Assembly: GCA_037917675.1 (NCBI GenBank)
Contig: JAVCBW010000005.1
Span: 120,804-184,803 of the forward strand
Length of the DNA stretch: 64,000 nt
Direction: 5' to 3'
From: Thermoproteota archaeon
Lineage (GTDB): Archaea; Korarchaeota; Korarchaeia; B14-G2
Part shown: positions 31,020 through 40,580 of the stretch, in pieces
Layout: each line of letters begins with the position of its first letter
How positions within the stretch are numbered: position 1 is the first letter of the stretch
Translations under genes and position numbers: made by a program
The notes under the pieces: generated by a model
Database searches by the model: none
The model's input: the letters and a program-made list of their open reading frames with translations, nothing else
What the model was told of the DNA's origin: nothing

Positions 31020-32428
31020 AGAGTGTCATCAAGAACATAGAGGAGCTTCTCAGGCTGGCAGATAGCAAGGAAGACGAGAAAGCTGCTGAGATAGCCCTAG
31101 CAGCTGCTAGTGAGGCTGTAGAGAGCGTGCTGCCTGACAGAGTTGTCAAGAGGTGTGTGAGCTTAAAGGGAAGCAGGCTCCTAGTAGAGGGGGTCTATGA
31201 GAGCATAGAAGTGGACTTGAGCCATTATGACAAGATTTGGATATTTGGCTGCGGGAAGGCAAGCGGGCTGATGGCATCTGCTCTAGAGAGCTTGCTTGGA
31301 GATAGGGTGACAGGAGGCATTGTGCTGGTGCTTAAGGGGACAGAGACTAGAATTCAAGCCAGGAACGTAGATGTCATAGGAGCTGGGCACCCTCTACCTG
31401 ATGAGGAAAGCATCAAGGGGGCAGAGGCTATAGTCAACCAGCTTAAGGAGCTTGGGAGAAGAGATCTGGTCTTATTCCTGGTTTCTGGAGGGGGGTCTGC
31501 GCTGATGACCCTCCCTAGAGAGGGCATCACGCTTGAAGACATAGTTGAAGCTACAGGACAGCTTCTCAGGGCTGGAGCAGACATATATGAGGTTAATGCT
31601 GTCAGAAAGCATCTCTCTGCTGTGAAGGGAGGGTGGCTTGCCAGGTACGCTTACCCAGCTACCATGATCAGCATGATAGTGTCAGATGTTGTTGGAGATA
31701 GGCTTGACACAATAGCATCAGGGCCAACAGCACCAGATGAAACCACATTTAGAGACGCGATAGAGGTGCTCAGGAGGTATAGGCTGCTCGACAAGGTGAG
31801 TAGCCGTGTGAAAGACATACTGGAGACGGGGGCTAGGGGAGCTATACCTGAGACCCCAAAGCCAGGAGACCCTGTATTCAAGAGGGTGAAGAACATAGTT
31901 GTATGCAACAATGCTAGCGCACTAGAGGCTGCAGCTAAGGCAGCAGAGAGGAGAGGCATCAGAGCTGTCGTGCTTGGGTCGCGTATCGAGGGAGAAGCTC
32001 GGGAGGTAGGCAAAGTGCTAGCAGCCATAGGTAAGGCGGTAGCCTACGAGAACACTCCAGCTTCCCCCCCTGCACTGGTGATCGCGGGAGGAGAGACCAC
32101 GGTTACGGTGAGAGGAGAGGGTAAGGGTGGAAGAAACCAGGAGCTCACGCTGTCAGCTTCTCTTAAGATGAGAGGTGAGAGGGGGATTGCCTTGTGCTCC
32201 ATTGGAACTGATGGAATAGATGGAAACACCGATGCAGCTGGGGCAATAGCATTCGGGAGCACAGCTGACAGAGGGATGCTGGCTGGAGCTGACCCCTGGG
32301 AAGCCCTCGATAGAAATGACAGCTATGGCTTCTTCTCTAGGGTGGGTGGCCTTATATTCACTGGGCCTACACTGACGAATGTAAATGACATAATGCTTGT
32401 GTCAGTTTCCAGAAACGCTTTTAACTGA
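31016..32428 (+). CDS. Glycerate 2-kinase (MOFRL family)
   Basis: GKA, HPLPD, SGGGSAL, RKHLS.VKGG, SDVVGD, GGETTV, GGRNQE, TDGIDG, TNVND. Confidence 0.93.
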   Translation: MKSVIKNIEELLRLADSKEDEKAAEIALAAASEAVESVLPDRVVKRCVSLKGSRLLVEGVYESIEVDLSHYDKIWIFGCGKASGLMASALESLLGDRVTGGIVLVLKGTETRIQARNVDVIGAGHPLPDEESIKGAEAIVNQLKELGRRDLVLFLVSGGGSALMTLPREGITLEDIVEATGQLLRAGADIYEVNAVRKHLSAVKGGWLARYAYPATMISMIVSDVVGDRLDTIASGPTAPDETTFRDAIEVLRRYRLLDKVSSRVKDILETGARGAIPETPKPGDPVFKRVKNIVVCNNASALEAAAKAAERRGIRAVVLGSRIEGEAREVGKVLAAIGKAVAYENTPASPPALVIAGGETTVTVRGEGKGGRNQELTLSASLKMRGERGIALCSIGTDGIDGNTDAAGAIAFGSTADRGMLAGADPWEALDRNDSYGFFSRVGGLIFTGPTLTNVNDIMLVSVSRNAFN

Positions 32429-32452
32429 CTGTAAGTGTGGTGTGTAGAGAGC

Positions 32453-32761
32453 TTGCCTAGGAGAAAGCCGAGAGAGCTTGTAGCTAAGCCTAAGGATAGG
32501 AGAAGGCTCAGGAAGTACGTCAACTACATGCTTGCTGAACAAGACTACACAAAGCTTGTCAGAGAAGAGGGCGGTGAAGTAGGCGTTGGAGACGAGGTTG
32601 AGGTTGTGATAACAGACGTGAATGACAGGGGGCAGGGAGTAGCTAGGGTAGGTGATCTAGTAGTTTATGTAAATGGCTCTGAGCCTGGAGAGAGGGTTAA
32701 GGTGAAAATAGTTAAGAGGAAAGCCACATATGCAGTAGCTCGGGTGGTTGCTAGGCGCTAG
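32453..32761 (+). CDS. TRAM-domain RNA-binding protein
   Basis: GDEVEVVI.D...GQGVAR..V...G..PGERVKVKI; likely TTG start at 32453. Confidence 0.8.
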   Translation: MPRRKPRELVAKPKDRRRLRKYVNYMLAEQDYTKLVREEGGEVGVGDEVEVVITDVNDRGQGVARVGDLVVYVNGSEPGERVKVKIVKRKATYAVARVVARR

Positions 32762-34295
32762 CTCCTCTGAGCCTTCTCCACTCCTCTATTGGAATAGAGT
32801 ACTTTTTCTCGATCTGTTTCCTATAGAGTGATCTACCATGCCTGTCTGTCATATTCATTGCACAGAAGGGGATGAGTCTACCATCTAAAGTTGGGTAGTG
32901 TATTGCACACCTCTTAAGCCTCTCTAAGTCTAGGTTAAATGCATCTTGGAAGTGCATCATCCCTATCATGAGGACTCTATTCATGTGGAACTCTGCTAAA
33001 GCAGAGTAGTCTCTCTTCACTAGCACCTGCTTGAGGAGGTGTAGGATGTCGAGCTCCGGAGGAAGCTCCTCTTTGACCATAGAGCTCCGGAGAGCTGATA
33101 AGGCCTTCAGGCGAGCTCTGGTCTTAGCTAAGATCCCCCCCTTCCTAAGGATCTCTGAGGCATCTCTGAGAGCATCTAGGAACCTATCTACGTTGATAAA
33201 CCTTGGAATTGGCTTATAGCTCCCGTCTCTGCTAACATACAGGTAGGTTGCCATCCCGCAGTGTACATTGGTTGTGAACTCAACTTTCGGGCTTCCCTCC
33301 AGGAGCCCTATGAACCTAGATATGTCTACGACAGTCGGCACAGGGTAGAAGTCCTCCTTCCTTATCCTGCCATTAGTCTGCTCCTCTATCTTCTCTATGG
33401 CCTCTGGTATCGTGATCCTATGCTTCTCTATCTCCTCAAGCTCACATCTACCTACAAAGGATATTGGTTGGATATTGACACACCGTATCACATCTATGTT
33501 TTCCACAGCAAACTCTATGATCCTCCCTAGCTCCCCGTCGTTTACCCCTTTGACTAGCGTTGGCACTAAGACGACGTTTATCTTAGCCTTCCTGCAATTC
33601 TCTATAGCCTTCAGCTTCTCCTCTAGGAGGTTCCTGCCCTTATGCTCATATGCCTTGTCGCTGAAGCCTTCAAATGACAGGTAGACCGTCGTGCAGCCTG
33701 CTTCAGCTATCTTCATAGTGTACTCTAGGCTTTCAGCTAGCTTTAAGCCGTTTGTGTTAAGCTCTATATGAGCGAAGCCTGCCTCCCTAGCTGCCTTGAC
33801 GATCTCAAGCAGGTCCTCTCTCACTGTGGGCTCTCCTCCAGTTATCTGGACAGCTGGGCATGGTACAGGACTGTTTGACCTGAGTATGCTGAACAGGAAC
33901 TTGATCTGCTCTAGAGTAGGCTCATACACGTACCCTGTAGCGAATGCAGCGTCAAAGCACACAGGGCATCTCATGTTGCAGCGGTTTGTCACATCTACTA
34001 TACCTAATGCAGTATGTGACTTATGGATAGGGCATAGGCCACAGTCAAATGGGCATCCTCTATCCATCTCCTTTATGGCAGGATTCTCTACACCGTTACC
34101 ATCTCTAGAATACTTCTCAACTCTCTTAAACATCTCAGCATCACTCCAGTATATGTGAGAGAAGAACCCGTGCTCACTGCATGCCTTCTCCAAGTATACC
34201 TTCCCATCTCGCTCAACTACCTCTGCATCGATCAGCTTAAGGCACTCTGGACACAGGCTCTTGGTCTTGTATAGGAGCTTTTGATCTGAAGACAT
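32751..34295 (-). CDS. tes: Tetraether lipid synthase (Tes / GDGT-MAS, MJ0619 family radical SAM)
   Basis: N-terminal SLCPEC..C.EHG, CPFDCGLC..H, CNMRCPVC, GGEPT, C-terminal CAIHY...GRLIPFC. Confidence 0.85.
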   Translation of the reverse strand: MSSDQKLLYKTKSLCPECLKLIDAEVVERDGKVYLEKACSEHGFFSHIYWSDAEMFKRVEKYSRDGNGVENPAIKEMDRGCPFDCGLCPIHKSHTALGIVDVTNRCNMRCPVCFDAAFATGYVYEPTLEQIKFLFSILRSNSPVPCPAVQITGGEPTVREDLLEIVKAAREAGFAHIELNTNGLKLAESLEYTMKIAEAGCTTVYLSFEGFSDKAYEHKGRNLLEEKLKAIENCRKAKINVVLVPTLVKGVNDGELGRIIEFAVENIDVIRCVNIQPISFVGRCELEEIEKHRITIPEAIEKIEEQTNGRIRKEDFYPVPTVVDISRFIGLLEGSPKVEFTTNVHCGMATYLYVSRDGSYKPIPRFINVDRFLDALRDASEILRKGGILAKTRARLKALSALRSSMVKEELPPELDILHLLKQVLVKRDYSALAEFHMNRVLMIGMMHFQDAFNLDLERLKRCAIHYPTLDGRLIPFCAMNMTDRHGRSLYRKQIEKKYSIPIEEWRRLRGASA

Positions 34296-34371
34296 GGGAA
34301 TCTAAGCTGCCTGCTGTACTTAGTTTATAAGCTTTCTGTCGCAGTTCCACAGGGCTCTCTGCTTTAGGCAG

Positions 34372-35082
34372 CTATCCCATGAAAATCTCTAGCCCAACTT
34401 TCCTCCTAGTAGGCTTGAGATCTATCAGCGATATCTCTCTGGTACATGGGAGGCTGACGTTGTAAACTGGACAGAAACCTACTTGAGCCTTAGGCTGACC
34501 GCGATGTACGTGCGCGTGTATGGCGATGTCAAAGACACCAGCTTTAAGACACTTCTCCACCATCCTAGAGCCTAGCTGGGGGTATATTGATCTGGGTTCT
34601 CCCTTCATCGTCTCGTAGGTTGGGGCATAGTGGGATAACAGAGCCTTCACCTCTGCTTTAGAAGACCTAGCTAGGTCACAGACTAGAGCAGCTCTCCTCC
34701 TGTACCTCTCAGCTATACCAGGCATGTTCCTAGCTTGCCAGGCTGTCGGCTTGTCTAGAGAGCCTTTGGTTCCAACTAGGCACAGCTCCATGCCATGAGC
34801 TCTCACAGTGACTACTGTGTCATTTAGCACAATCGCGTGGTCTGCCATCTCGCTTGAGAAAACGCTTTCAGAAAACTCCTCATTACCAGGGACAGCTACC
34901 ATCGGGCACCCTACTGTCTCAGCTATCTCAACTACCTTCTTAAGCCACTCATATCTTCCCCTGTATATCAGGTCCCCTAGTAGAGCTAGCATCTCTGGCT
35001 TCGCGTCTAGCCTGGACACAGCTTCCTCAAAGAGCTGGAGGTATTTTGGTGCGTGGATATCTCCTACTGCAGCCAGAATCAA
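34372..35082 (-). CDS. Calcineurin-like metallophosphoesterase
   Basis: GDIH, GD, GNE, HYAP, HAHVH. Confidence 0.88.
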   Translation of the reverse strand: MILAAVGDIHAPKYLQLFEEAVSRLDAKPEMLALLGDLIYRGRYEWLKKVVEIAETVGCPMVAVPGNEEFSESVFSSEMADHAIVLNDTVVTVRAHGMELCLVGTKGSLDKPTAWQARNMPGIAERYRRRAALVCDLARSSKAEVKALLSHYAPTYETMKGEPRSIYPQLGSRMVEKCLKAGVFDIAIHAHVHRGQPKAQVGFCPVYNVSLPCTREISLIDLKPTRRKVGLEIFMG

Positions 35083-35085
35083 CTG

Positions 35086-36402
35086 CTACACCTTAGCAAC
35101 ATCACCTACCTTAGGGACGTATACAGTATACCCCCTGAGCTTTTCAAGCTTCTTAGCTAGCTGCATAGACTTCTCCGGTTCACCATGGACTATGAAGGCT
35201 TTCCTCACACCTCTGAGCTTAGATGTGAACTGGAGGATCTGCTTCTGGTCTGCGTGAGCTGAGAGCTCTGCGAATTGAATCCGCGCCCTTATCTTGACTA
35301 CTCCATCAGGCAGCTCTAGCTCTCTAGCTCCATTCAGGAGAGCTCTGCCGCGTGTCGACTCAACCTGGTATCCTGTTATAACAATCAGGCTCCTGCTGTC
35401 TGGAGCTATCTCCCTCAGGTATCCCAGTACAGGGCCTCCCTCAAGCATACCAGAAGTCGTTACGACCACATATGGCTCAGATATCTCAAGTATCTCCTCT
35501 CTGTCAGCCACATCAGATATGGCCCTGTAGTCAAGAGGGGAGGCTCTAGTCTGCCTGACTTTTCTTCTGACCTCAGGCTTAAGCCACTCCCAGTATAGGA
35601 AGTAGACCTTGTTGACCTCTCGGATCATCCCATCTACGAAGACAGGATACTCAGGTAGATACCCCGACCTCATGTAGTCAGCTATTATAGAAAGAACCTC
35701 TTGAGCTCTGCCAACAGCAAATGTGGGTATCAGAACTCTCCCCCCATTGTCGAGCGCTCCCTTTATAGCATCTACAAGTGATCTCTCCGTCTTCTTGATG
35801 GCAGGGTGAGCGTCGAGGTCCCCACCATATGTCGACTCAATTATGAGTACATCTACTTCAGGTAGGTCTGTTTCAGCTGGAGGTAGAAGCCTCGTCGATC
35901 TAGCTGAGAAGTCTGAGGTGTATAAGAGCCTAGTGCCGTGTGCTTCGAGGTATATCATAGAGCCTCCCAGCACATGTCCTGAGCAGTATAGGGCTGCTCT
36001 GACCTCACCTAGATCTAGTTCCTCGCGGTAGGAGGCTTCTACCTCAGATGACCTCACTTTCATCACGTCCTCATTTGTATATGGGATCTCGTGTCCCAAG
36101 TGACTTGAAAGCCTCAGCGCATCAGTGAGTAAGAGCTCGCTGAGGTCTACTGTAGGCGGCGTCGCTATAGCCACGCAGCCATGCTCTCTGACCACCCAGG
36201 GAGCCATCCCAACATGGTCTAGGTGAGCATGAGACAAGATGATAGCATCGACTTGCTGGGCTGCTCTTAGAGGGAACCTATCAACCTTAGAAGCCAAGTT
36301 TACGCCGCAGTCTAGCAGTATGCTCTTGCCTCCATAAGAGGCCTCGATGCAAGACCTTCCTACTTCACGTGCTCCACCTAGAAATCTCAGAGTGAGTGGC
36401 AA
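35086..36402 (-). CDS. beta-CASP metallo-beta-lactamase ribonuclease (aCPSF-like, no KH domains)
   Basis: EVGRSC, SHAHLDH, GHVLG, ESTYG, FAVGRAQE, SGMLEGG, SAHAD, HGE. Confidence 0.9.
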   Translation of the reverse strand: MPLTLRFLGGAREVGRSCIEASYGGKSILLDCGVNLASKVDRFPLRAAQQVDAIILSHAHLDHVGMAPWVVREHGCVAIATPPTVDLSELLLTDALRLSSHLGHEIPYTNEDVMKVRSSEVEASYREELDLGEVRAALYCSGHVLGGSMIYLEAHGTRLLYTSDFSARSTRLLPPAETDLPEVDVLIIESTYGGDLDAHPAIKKTERSLVDAIKGALDNGGRVLIPTFAVGRAQEVLSIIADYMRSGYLPEYPVFVDGMIREVNKVYFLYWEWLKPEVRRKVRQTRASPLDYRAISDVADREEILEISEPYVVVTTSGMLEGGPVLGYLREIAPDSRSLIVITGYQVESTRGRALLNGARELELPDGVVKIRARIQFAELSAHADQKQILQFTSKLRGVRKAFIVHGEPEKSMQLAKKLEKLRGYTVYVPKVGDVAKV

Positions 36403-36474
36403 GCTGAAGGCACCTGTGTTCCCCTGTGTTTTTAAGTATAGGAGCTACTGAAAGCCAAGCTGTGGTGGTAGAGC

Positions 36475-37257
36475 TTGAGCACCATCAGGGAGGGAGATCT
36501 AGTGCTCTTCTATGACGGGAGAAAGAGAAAGTACATCCGGACAGTGAGAGGGGGAGATAGGCTTGAAACAGATCTTGGCTATGTTGACATGCAAGCTGTC
36601 ATGGGCAAGCAGGTGGGGGAGGCTGTTTCGACGAGCAAGGGTGCAAGATTCTATCTCCTTAAACCTACGCTGATAGATTTGATCTTCTCCTTTAGGAGGC
36701 CTACTCAGGTCATATATCCAAAGGATGCTGGGCTGATACTGCTGGAGGCTGACATAAGGCCTGGAATGAGGATTGTTGAGGTCGGGACAGGCTCAGGGTT
36801 CCTCACAGCAATACTCTCAGAGTATGTTGGGCCAGAGGGCAGAGTCTATACGTACGAGTATAGAAGAGAGTTCCTGCTAGCAGCAAAGAGAAACCTGAGT
36901 AGGCATGGGCTTGGTTCAAACGTGGAGTTCAAGCTTAAGGACGCTACTGAAGGAATAGACGAGCAAGATGTAGATGTGGTTGTAATAGACATAGCAGAGC
37001 CCTGGAGGGTTCTTAGGCATGCCTGGAGCGCGCTTAAGCCCTCAGGTAGGTTTGTATCCTTCTCACCAACATATAACCAAGTTGAGAAGACGTGTGTCGA
37101 AGCTAGCAGAGTAGGGTTCATTATGCTCCATACATTTGAAGTACTTGTCAGAGACATTGTATCAGATGAAACTAGAACCAGGCCAGCCTCTAGGATGATA
37201 GCTCACACAGGCTTCGTCACAGTTGGGAGGAAGGTGCTGCCTTCAGAGAGAAGGTGA
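36475..37257 (+). CDS. trmI: tRNA (adenine-N1)-methyltransferase
   Basis: TQVIYPKD, EVGTGSG, D..EPW, RP...HTGF. Confidence 0.92.
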   Translation: MSTIREGDLVLFYDGRKRKYIRTVRGGDRLETDLGYVDMQAVMGKQVGEAVSTSKGARFYLLKPTLIDLIFSFRRPTQVIYPKDAGLILLEADIRPGMRIVEVGTGSGFLTAILSEYVGPEGRVYTYEYRREFLLAAKRNLSRHGLGSNVEFKLKDATEGIDEQDVDVVVIDIAEPWRVLRHAWSALKPSGRFVSFSPTYNQVEKTCVEASRVGFIMLHTFEVLVRDIVSDETRTRPASRMIAHTGFVTVGRKVLPSERR

Positions 37258-37287
37258 AGGTTTAATATACCATGGCGTTTAGGCTAT

Positions 37288-38799
37288 ATGGGTCCCAGCT
37301 ACAACTTTAGGGGTAAGCTTGGGATAGAGGACAGGGGGCTATTGACCTCCGTGTCATTTGATGATGTCACTTTGCTTCCAGGCTCAGGTGCAGTTGAGCC
37401 AGAGGATGCAGATATCTCAACTTGGCTTACACCAGAGTGGAAGATTCCTCTGCCACTACTCTCCTCCCCGATGGACTTGGTGACAGGAGTTTCTCTTGCA
37501 GTAGCGCTCGCAAGAGAGGGGGGGCTAGGTATACTCCATAGGAACTGCTCCATAGAAGAGCAAGCTCAGATGGTTGAGAGAGTAAAGAGGGCGGAGGTCT
37601 CAGGTGTAATCAGGCAGCCAGTATGTGCTAGGCCAGACTCACTAGTTGGGGATGTGATAGCACTGATGGCAGAGTATAGGATATCTGGGCTCCCAGTCGT
37701 AGAAGATGGCAAGCTTGTTGGCATCGTGACCAGGAGAGACATAATTGGAGCGAGACACTCAGACCAGGTTAAGAGCATAATGACTCCTAGAGAGAAGCTT
37801 ACAGTCATGTTTGAGGATGAGATAGGAGATGAGCTTGACGTAGAGGCCGCACTAGAGAGGATGTATTCGAGTAGAGTAGAGAAGCTGCCTGTAGTCGATA
37901 GAGGCTGGAGGCTCACTGGGCTCATAACCCTAAAGGACCTATTGAGGATGAGAGAGGGAAGAGAGTCTAGCAGAGATGAAGATGGAAGACTTAGAGTCGG
38001 GGCAGCTATACCAGCACCCCTTACACCACTCCAGGAAGAGAGGGTTCTCAAGCTAGATGAAGCTGGATGCGACCTGCTTGTGCTTGATGTAGCACATGCA
38101 CAGAACAGGAATGTGATAAAGGCTGTTGAGAAAGTGAGTAAGAGGGTCAGCAGCTGGATACTCTTCGGGAACATAGCTACAGCAGATGCGGTAGAAGAGG
38201 TCCTAGGCTCAAGTGAAATAGAGAACCTAGCAGGCTTCAGAGTAGGCCTTGGAGGAGGCTCTATCTGCACGACGACAGTAGTCACAGGTGTAGGCATACC
38301 TACACTGACTGCAACAGCACTGGTAGCAGATGTCGTGAGAGAGAAGCTTGGTGAGAGAAGCTCTGTCGTGAGCGACGGTGGGATAAGGGGGCCAGGTGAT
38401 GCCATGAAGGCCCTCGCAGCTGGAGCTTCAGCTGTAATGATGGGCTCTGTATTCGCTGGCGCAGAGGAAGCTCCAGGAGACAAGGTTTTCATAAGAGGTG
38501 TACCATACAAGAGGTATAGAGGTATGGCCTCTCCCTCAGCTCTGAGAAGCAGGTATGCAGCAGACAGGTATAGCTCCACAGTCAAGAGGATCCCTGAGGG
38601 CATAGAAGGCTATGTTCCATATAGAGGAAGCGTGTCATCCATAGTGAGAGAGTTTAAGCTTGCAATAAAGGCTGGAATGGGCTATGTTGGAGCAGCAAGC
38701 ATATCACAGCTATGGGCTAAGAGTAGATTTGTACTCAGAAGCCAAGCTGGAATACAGGAGGCTAAGCCACATACAGTAGTCTCAGGTGATGACCTCTGA
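37288..38799 (+). CDS. guaB: IMP dehydrogenase with CBS pair
   Basis: FDDV.L.P, SSPMD, GSICTT, DGGI, YRGMAS, EGIEG. Confidence 0.95.
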   Translation: MGPSYNFRGKLGIEDRGLLTSVSFDDVTLLPGSGAVEPEDADISTWLTPEWKIPLPLLSSPMDLVTGVSLAVALAREGGLGILHRNCSIEEQAQMVERVKRAEVSGVIRQPVCARPDSLVGDVIALMAEYRISGLPVVEDGKLVGIVTRRDIIGARHSDQVKSIMTPREKLTVMFEDEIGDELDVEAALERMYSSRVEKLPVVDRGWRLTGLITLKDLLRMREGRESSRDEDGRLRVGAAIPAPLTPLQEERVLKLDEAGCDLLVLDVAHAQNRNVIKAVEKVSKRVSSWILFGNIATADAVEEVLGSSEIENLAGFRVGLGGGSICTTTVVTGVGIPTLTATALVADVVREKLGERSSVVSDGGIRGPGDAMKALAAGASAVMMGSVFAGAEEAPGDKVFIRGVPYKRYRGMASPSALRSRYAADRYSSTVKRIPEGIEGYVPYRGSVSSIVREFKLAIKAGMGYVGAASISQLWAKSRFVLRSQAGIQEAKPHTVVSGDDL

Positions 38800-40319
38800 G
38801 AGAGTATGTAGCCATAGTAGACCTAGGAGGACAATACACCCATCTGATAGCTAGGAGGATAAGGGAGCTAGGTGTGTATAGTGAGGTCATCCCAGCCAGC
38901 AAAGCACAAGATGCCATAGAGGACCCCTGGGCTAAGGGCATAGTCCTCTCAGGAAGCTACAAAAGCGTCAGAGGTGAGAGAGGAGACTGGAGCATGTTAA
39001 AGGAGGCAAAAAAGCCGGTCCTCGGGATATGCTACGGACACCAGCTCATAGCCCATGCTCTAGGCGGAGAAGTACAGGAGGAAGCTGGAGAATATGGTAG
39101 AGTAGAGTGTAGAGTAGCTAGGAGAACAAGGCTGCTAGCAGGTGTCAGAAGCAGGACAGTCGTATGGATGAGCCACAGAGAACATGTGACTAAGCCACCA
39201 GAAGGCTTCACGGTAGACGCATACACCAGGAGATGCAAGGTGGCTGTGATGAGCTGTGAGAGGCTCCAGCTCTATGGAGTCCAGTTTCACCCTGAAGTAC
39301 ACCACACAAGAGAAGGCAGGAAAATCCTGAGGAACTTCCTTTTCAAGATATGTAAGTGTAGTGGAGGCTGGAGGCCAGAGGATACAGTAGAGCAGAGAGT
39401 AAGATACGTGAGGGACACTATAGGAGATGAGAGAGCACTATGCGCAGTCAGCGGGGGGGTAGACTCGACTACAGCAGCCATAATAGCTAGGAGAGCAATA
39501 GGAGACAGGCTCAGGTGCATCCTGATAGACCATGGGTTGATGAGGAAAGGAGAGCGTGGCAGCATACTGAGAGCCCTCAACAGACTCCTAGGTGGGATAA
39601 TGGTCATAGATGCACAGGACAGGTTCCTGGGGAGGCTTAGGGGGGTCGTGGACCCAGAGGAGAAGAGGAGAGTAATAGGAGAGGAGTATGCAAGAGTCCT
39701 GCAGGAGGCTGCTGACAACGAGGGCTGTAGCTTTCTAGTGCAAGGAACAATATACCCTGATAGAGTAGAGAGCGGGAAAGGCCAGGTAGCAGAGGCGAGC
39801 AGGATCAAAACCCACCACAATGTAGGGGGGCTCCCAAGCTGGCTGAGAATGAGCGTTGTAGAGCCGCTAGCAGACCTCTATAAGGATGAAGTCAGGAGGA
39901 TAGCAGCTAGAATAGGTGTCCCAGATGAGATAACATGGAGACACCCATTCCCAGGGCCAGGGCTAGCTGTCAGAGTGATCGGTGAAGTGACACCTGAAAA
40001 GCTACACATCTGTAGAGAGGCATCACATATAGTTGAAGAAGAGCTGAAGAAAGCTAAACTCTACAGGAAAGTCTGGCAAGCCTTCGCTATAGTCGGAGAC
40101 GATAAGGCGACAGGAGTGAAAGGAGACATGAGAGCACTTGGATATATAGTGACGGTCAGAGTGGTTACTTCAGTAGACGGTATGACAGCAGACTGGGCAA
40201 GGCTACCACACAGCCTGTTAGATAAGATAAGCAGCAGGATAACAGGAGAAATCCCACAGGTAACATGGGTCACCTACACGATCACAACAAAGCCTCCAGC
40301 TACAATAGAGCCAGTCTAG
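38796..40319 (+). CDS. guaA: GMP synthase (fused GATase and ATPPase), CTG start inferred
   Basis: Conserved N-terminus IVDLGGQYTHLIARRIRE lies upstream of the track start; GICYGHQ, QFHPE, SGGVDS, KTHHN, PFPGPGL, KPPATIE. Confidence 0.93.
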   Translation: MREYVAIVDLGGQYTHLIARRIRELGVYSEVIPASKAQDAIEDPWAKGIVLSGSYKSVRGERGDWSMLKEAKKPVLGICYGHQLIAHALGGEVQEEAGEYGRVECRVARRTRLLAGVRSRTVVWMSHREHVTKPPEGFTVDAYTRRCKVAVMSCERLQLYGVQFHPEVHHTREGRKILRNFLFKICKCSGGWRPEDTVEQRVRYVRDTIGDERALCAVSGGVDSTTAAIIARRAIGDRLRCILIDHGLMRKGERGSILRALNRLLGGIMVIDAQDRFLGRLRGVVDPEEKRRVIGEEYARVLQEAADNEGCSFLVQGTIYPDRVESGKGQVAEASRIKTHHNVGGLPSWLRMSVVEPLADLYKDEVRRIAARIGVPDEITWRHPFPGPGLAVRVIGEVTPEKLHICREASHIVEEELKKAKLYRKVWQAFAIVGDDKATGVKGDMRALGYIVTVRVVTSVDGMTADWARLPHSLLDKISSRITGEIPQVTWVTYTITTKPPATIEPV

Positions 40320-40343
40320 CAGAAGCAGTATCATGTTCATGTC

Positions 40344-40483
40344 CTCCAGATCCTGAGGAGGAGGGGGTTACCCTGAAAGGGTGTGAGACCAATGACATGC
40401 TCCCAATGAACCCAGAGGGAGCTGAGGTTGATGCAACTCAAGGCAGAGGCCTGCTCACCAACGCGACATCCACTGAACCCCTC
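40344..40483 (+). mobile_element. Structured RNA / probable orphan 3'-end remnant of an IS200/IS605-type tnpB element (reRNA-like)
   Basis: Four hairpins inside a closing helix GAGGGGGTT/AACCCCTC; translation GVTLKG..LPMNPEGAEVDATQG resembles, from memory, tails of archaeal TnpB genes; no tnpA or tnpB nearby. Confidence 0.5.
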
Positions 40484-40580
40484 TTAGCCATAATAAGATA
40501 GGTGAGGCAAAAGCCAGGCCTCCTGTATAGATCTGAGTAAAGTGGAGAGCTATGCTGGCAGATCACTTGAGGAAGCCAGC

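Noticed and set aside
37566-38603. 345-aa antisense ORF opposite guaB (similar ones opposite cdc48 at 28089-28823 and 29448-30191)
   Set aside because: Ser/Thr/Pro-rich shadow frames of well-conserved genes with no recognisable motifs
40353-40390. CTGAGGA...GAAA resembling a hammerhead ribozyme core
   Set aside because: Stem II closing pair and the stem III/NUH cleavage site cannot be formed convincingly
40265-40501. 78-aa ORF overlapping the guaA end
   Set aside because: Better explained as a remnant frame across a structured RNA than as an expressed protein
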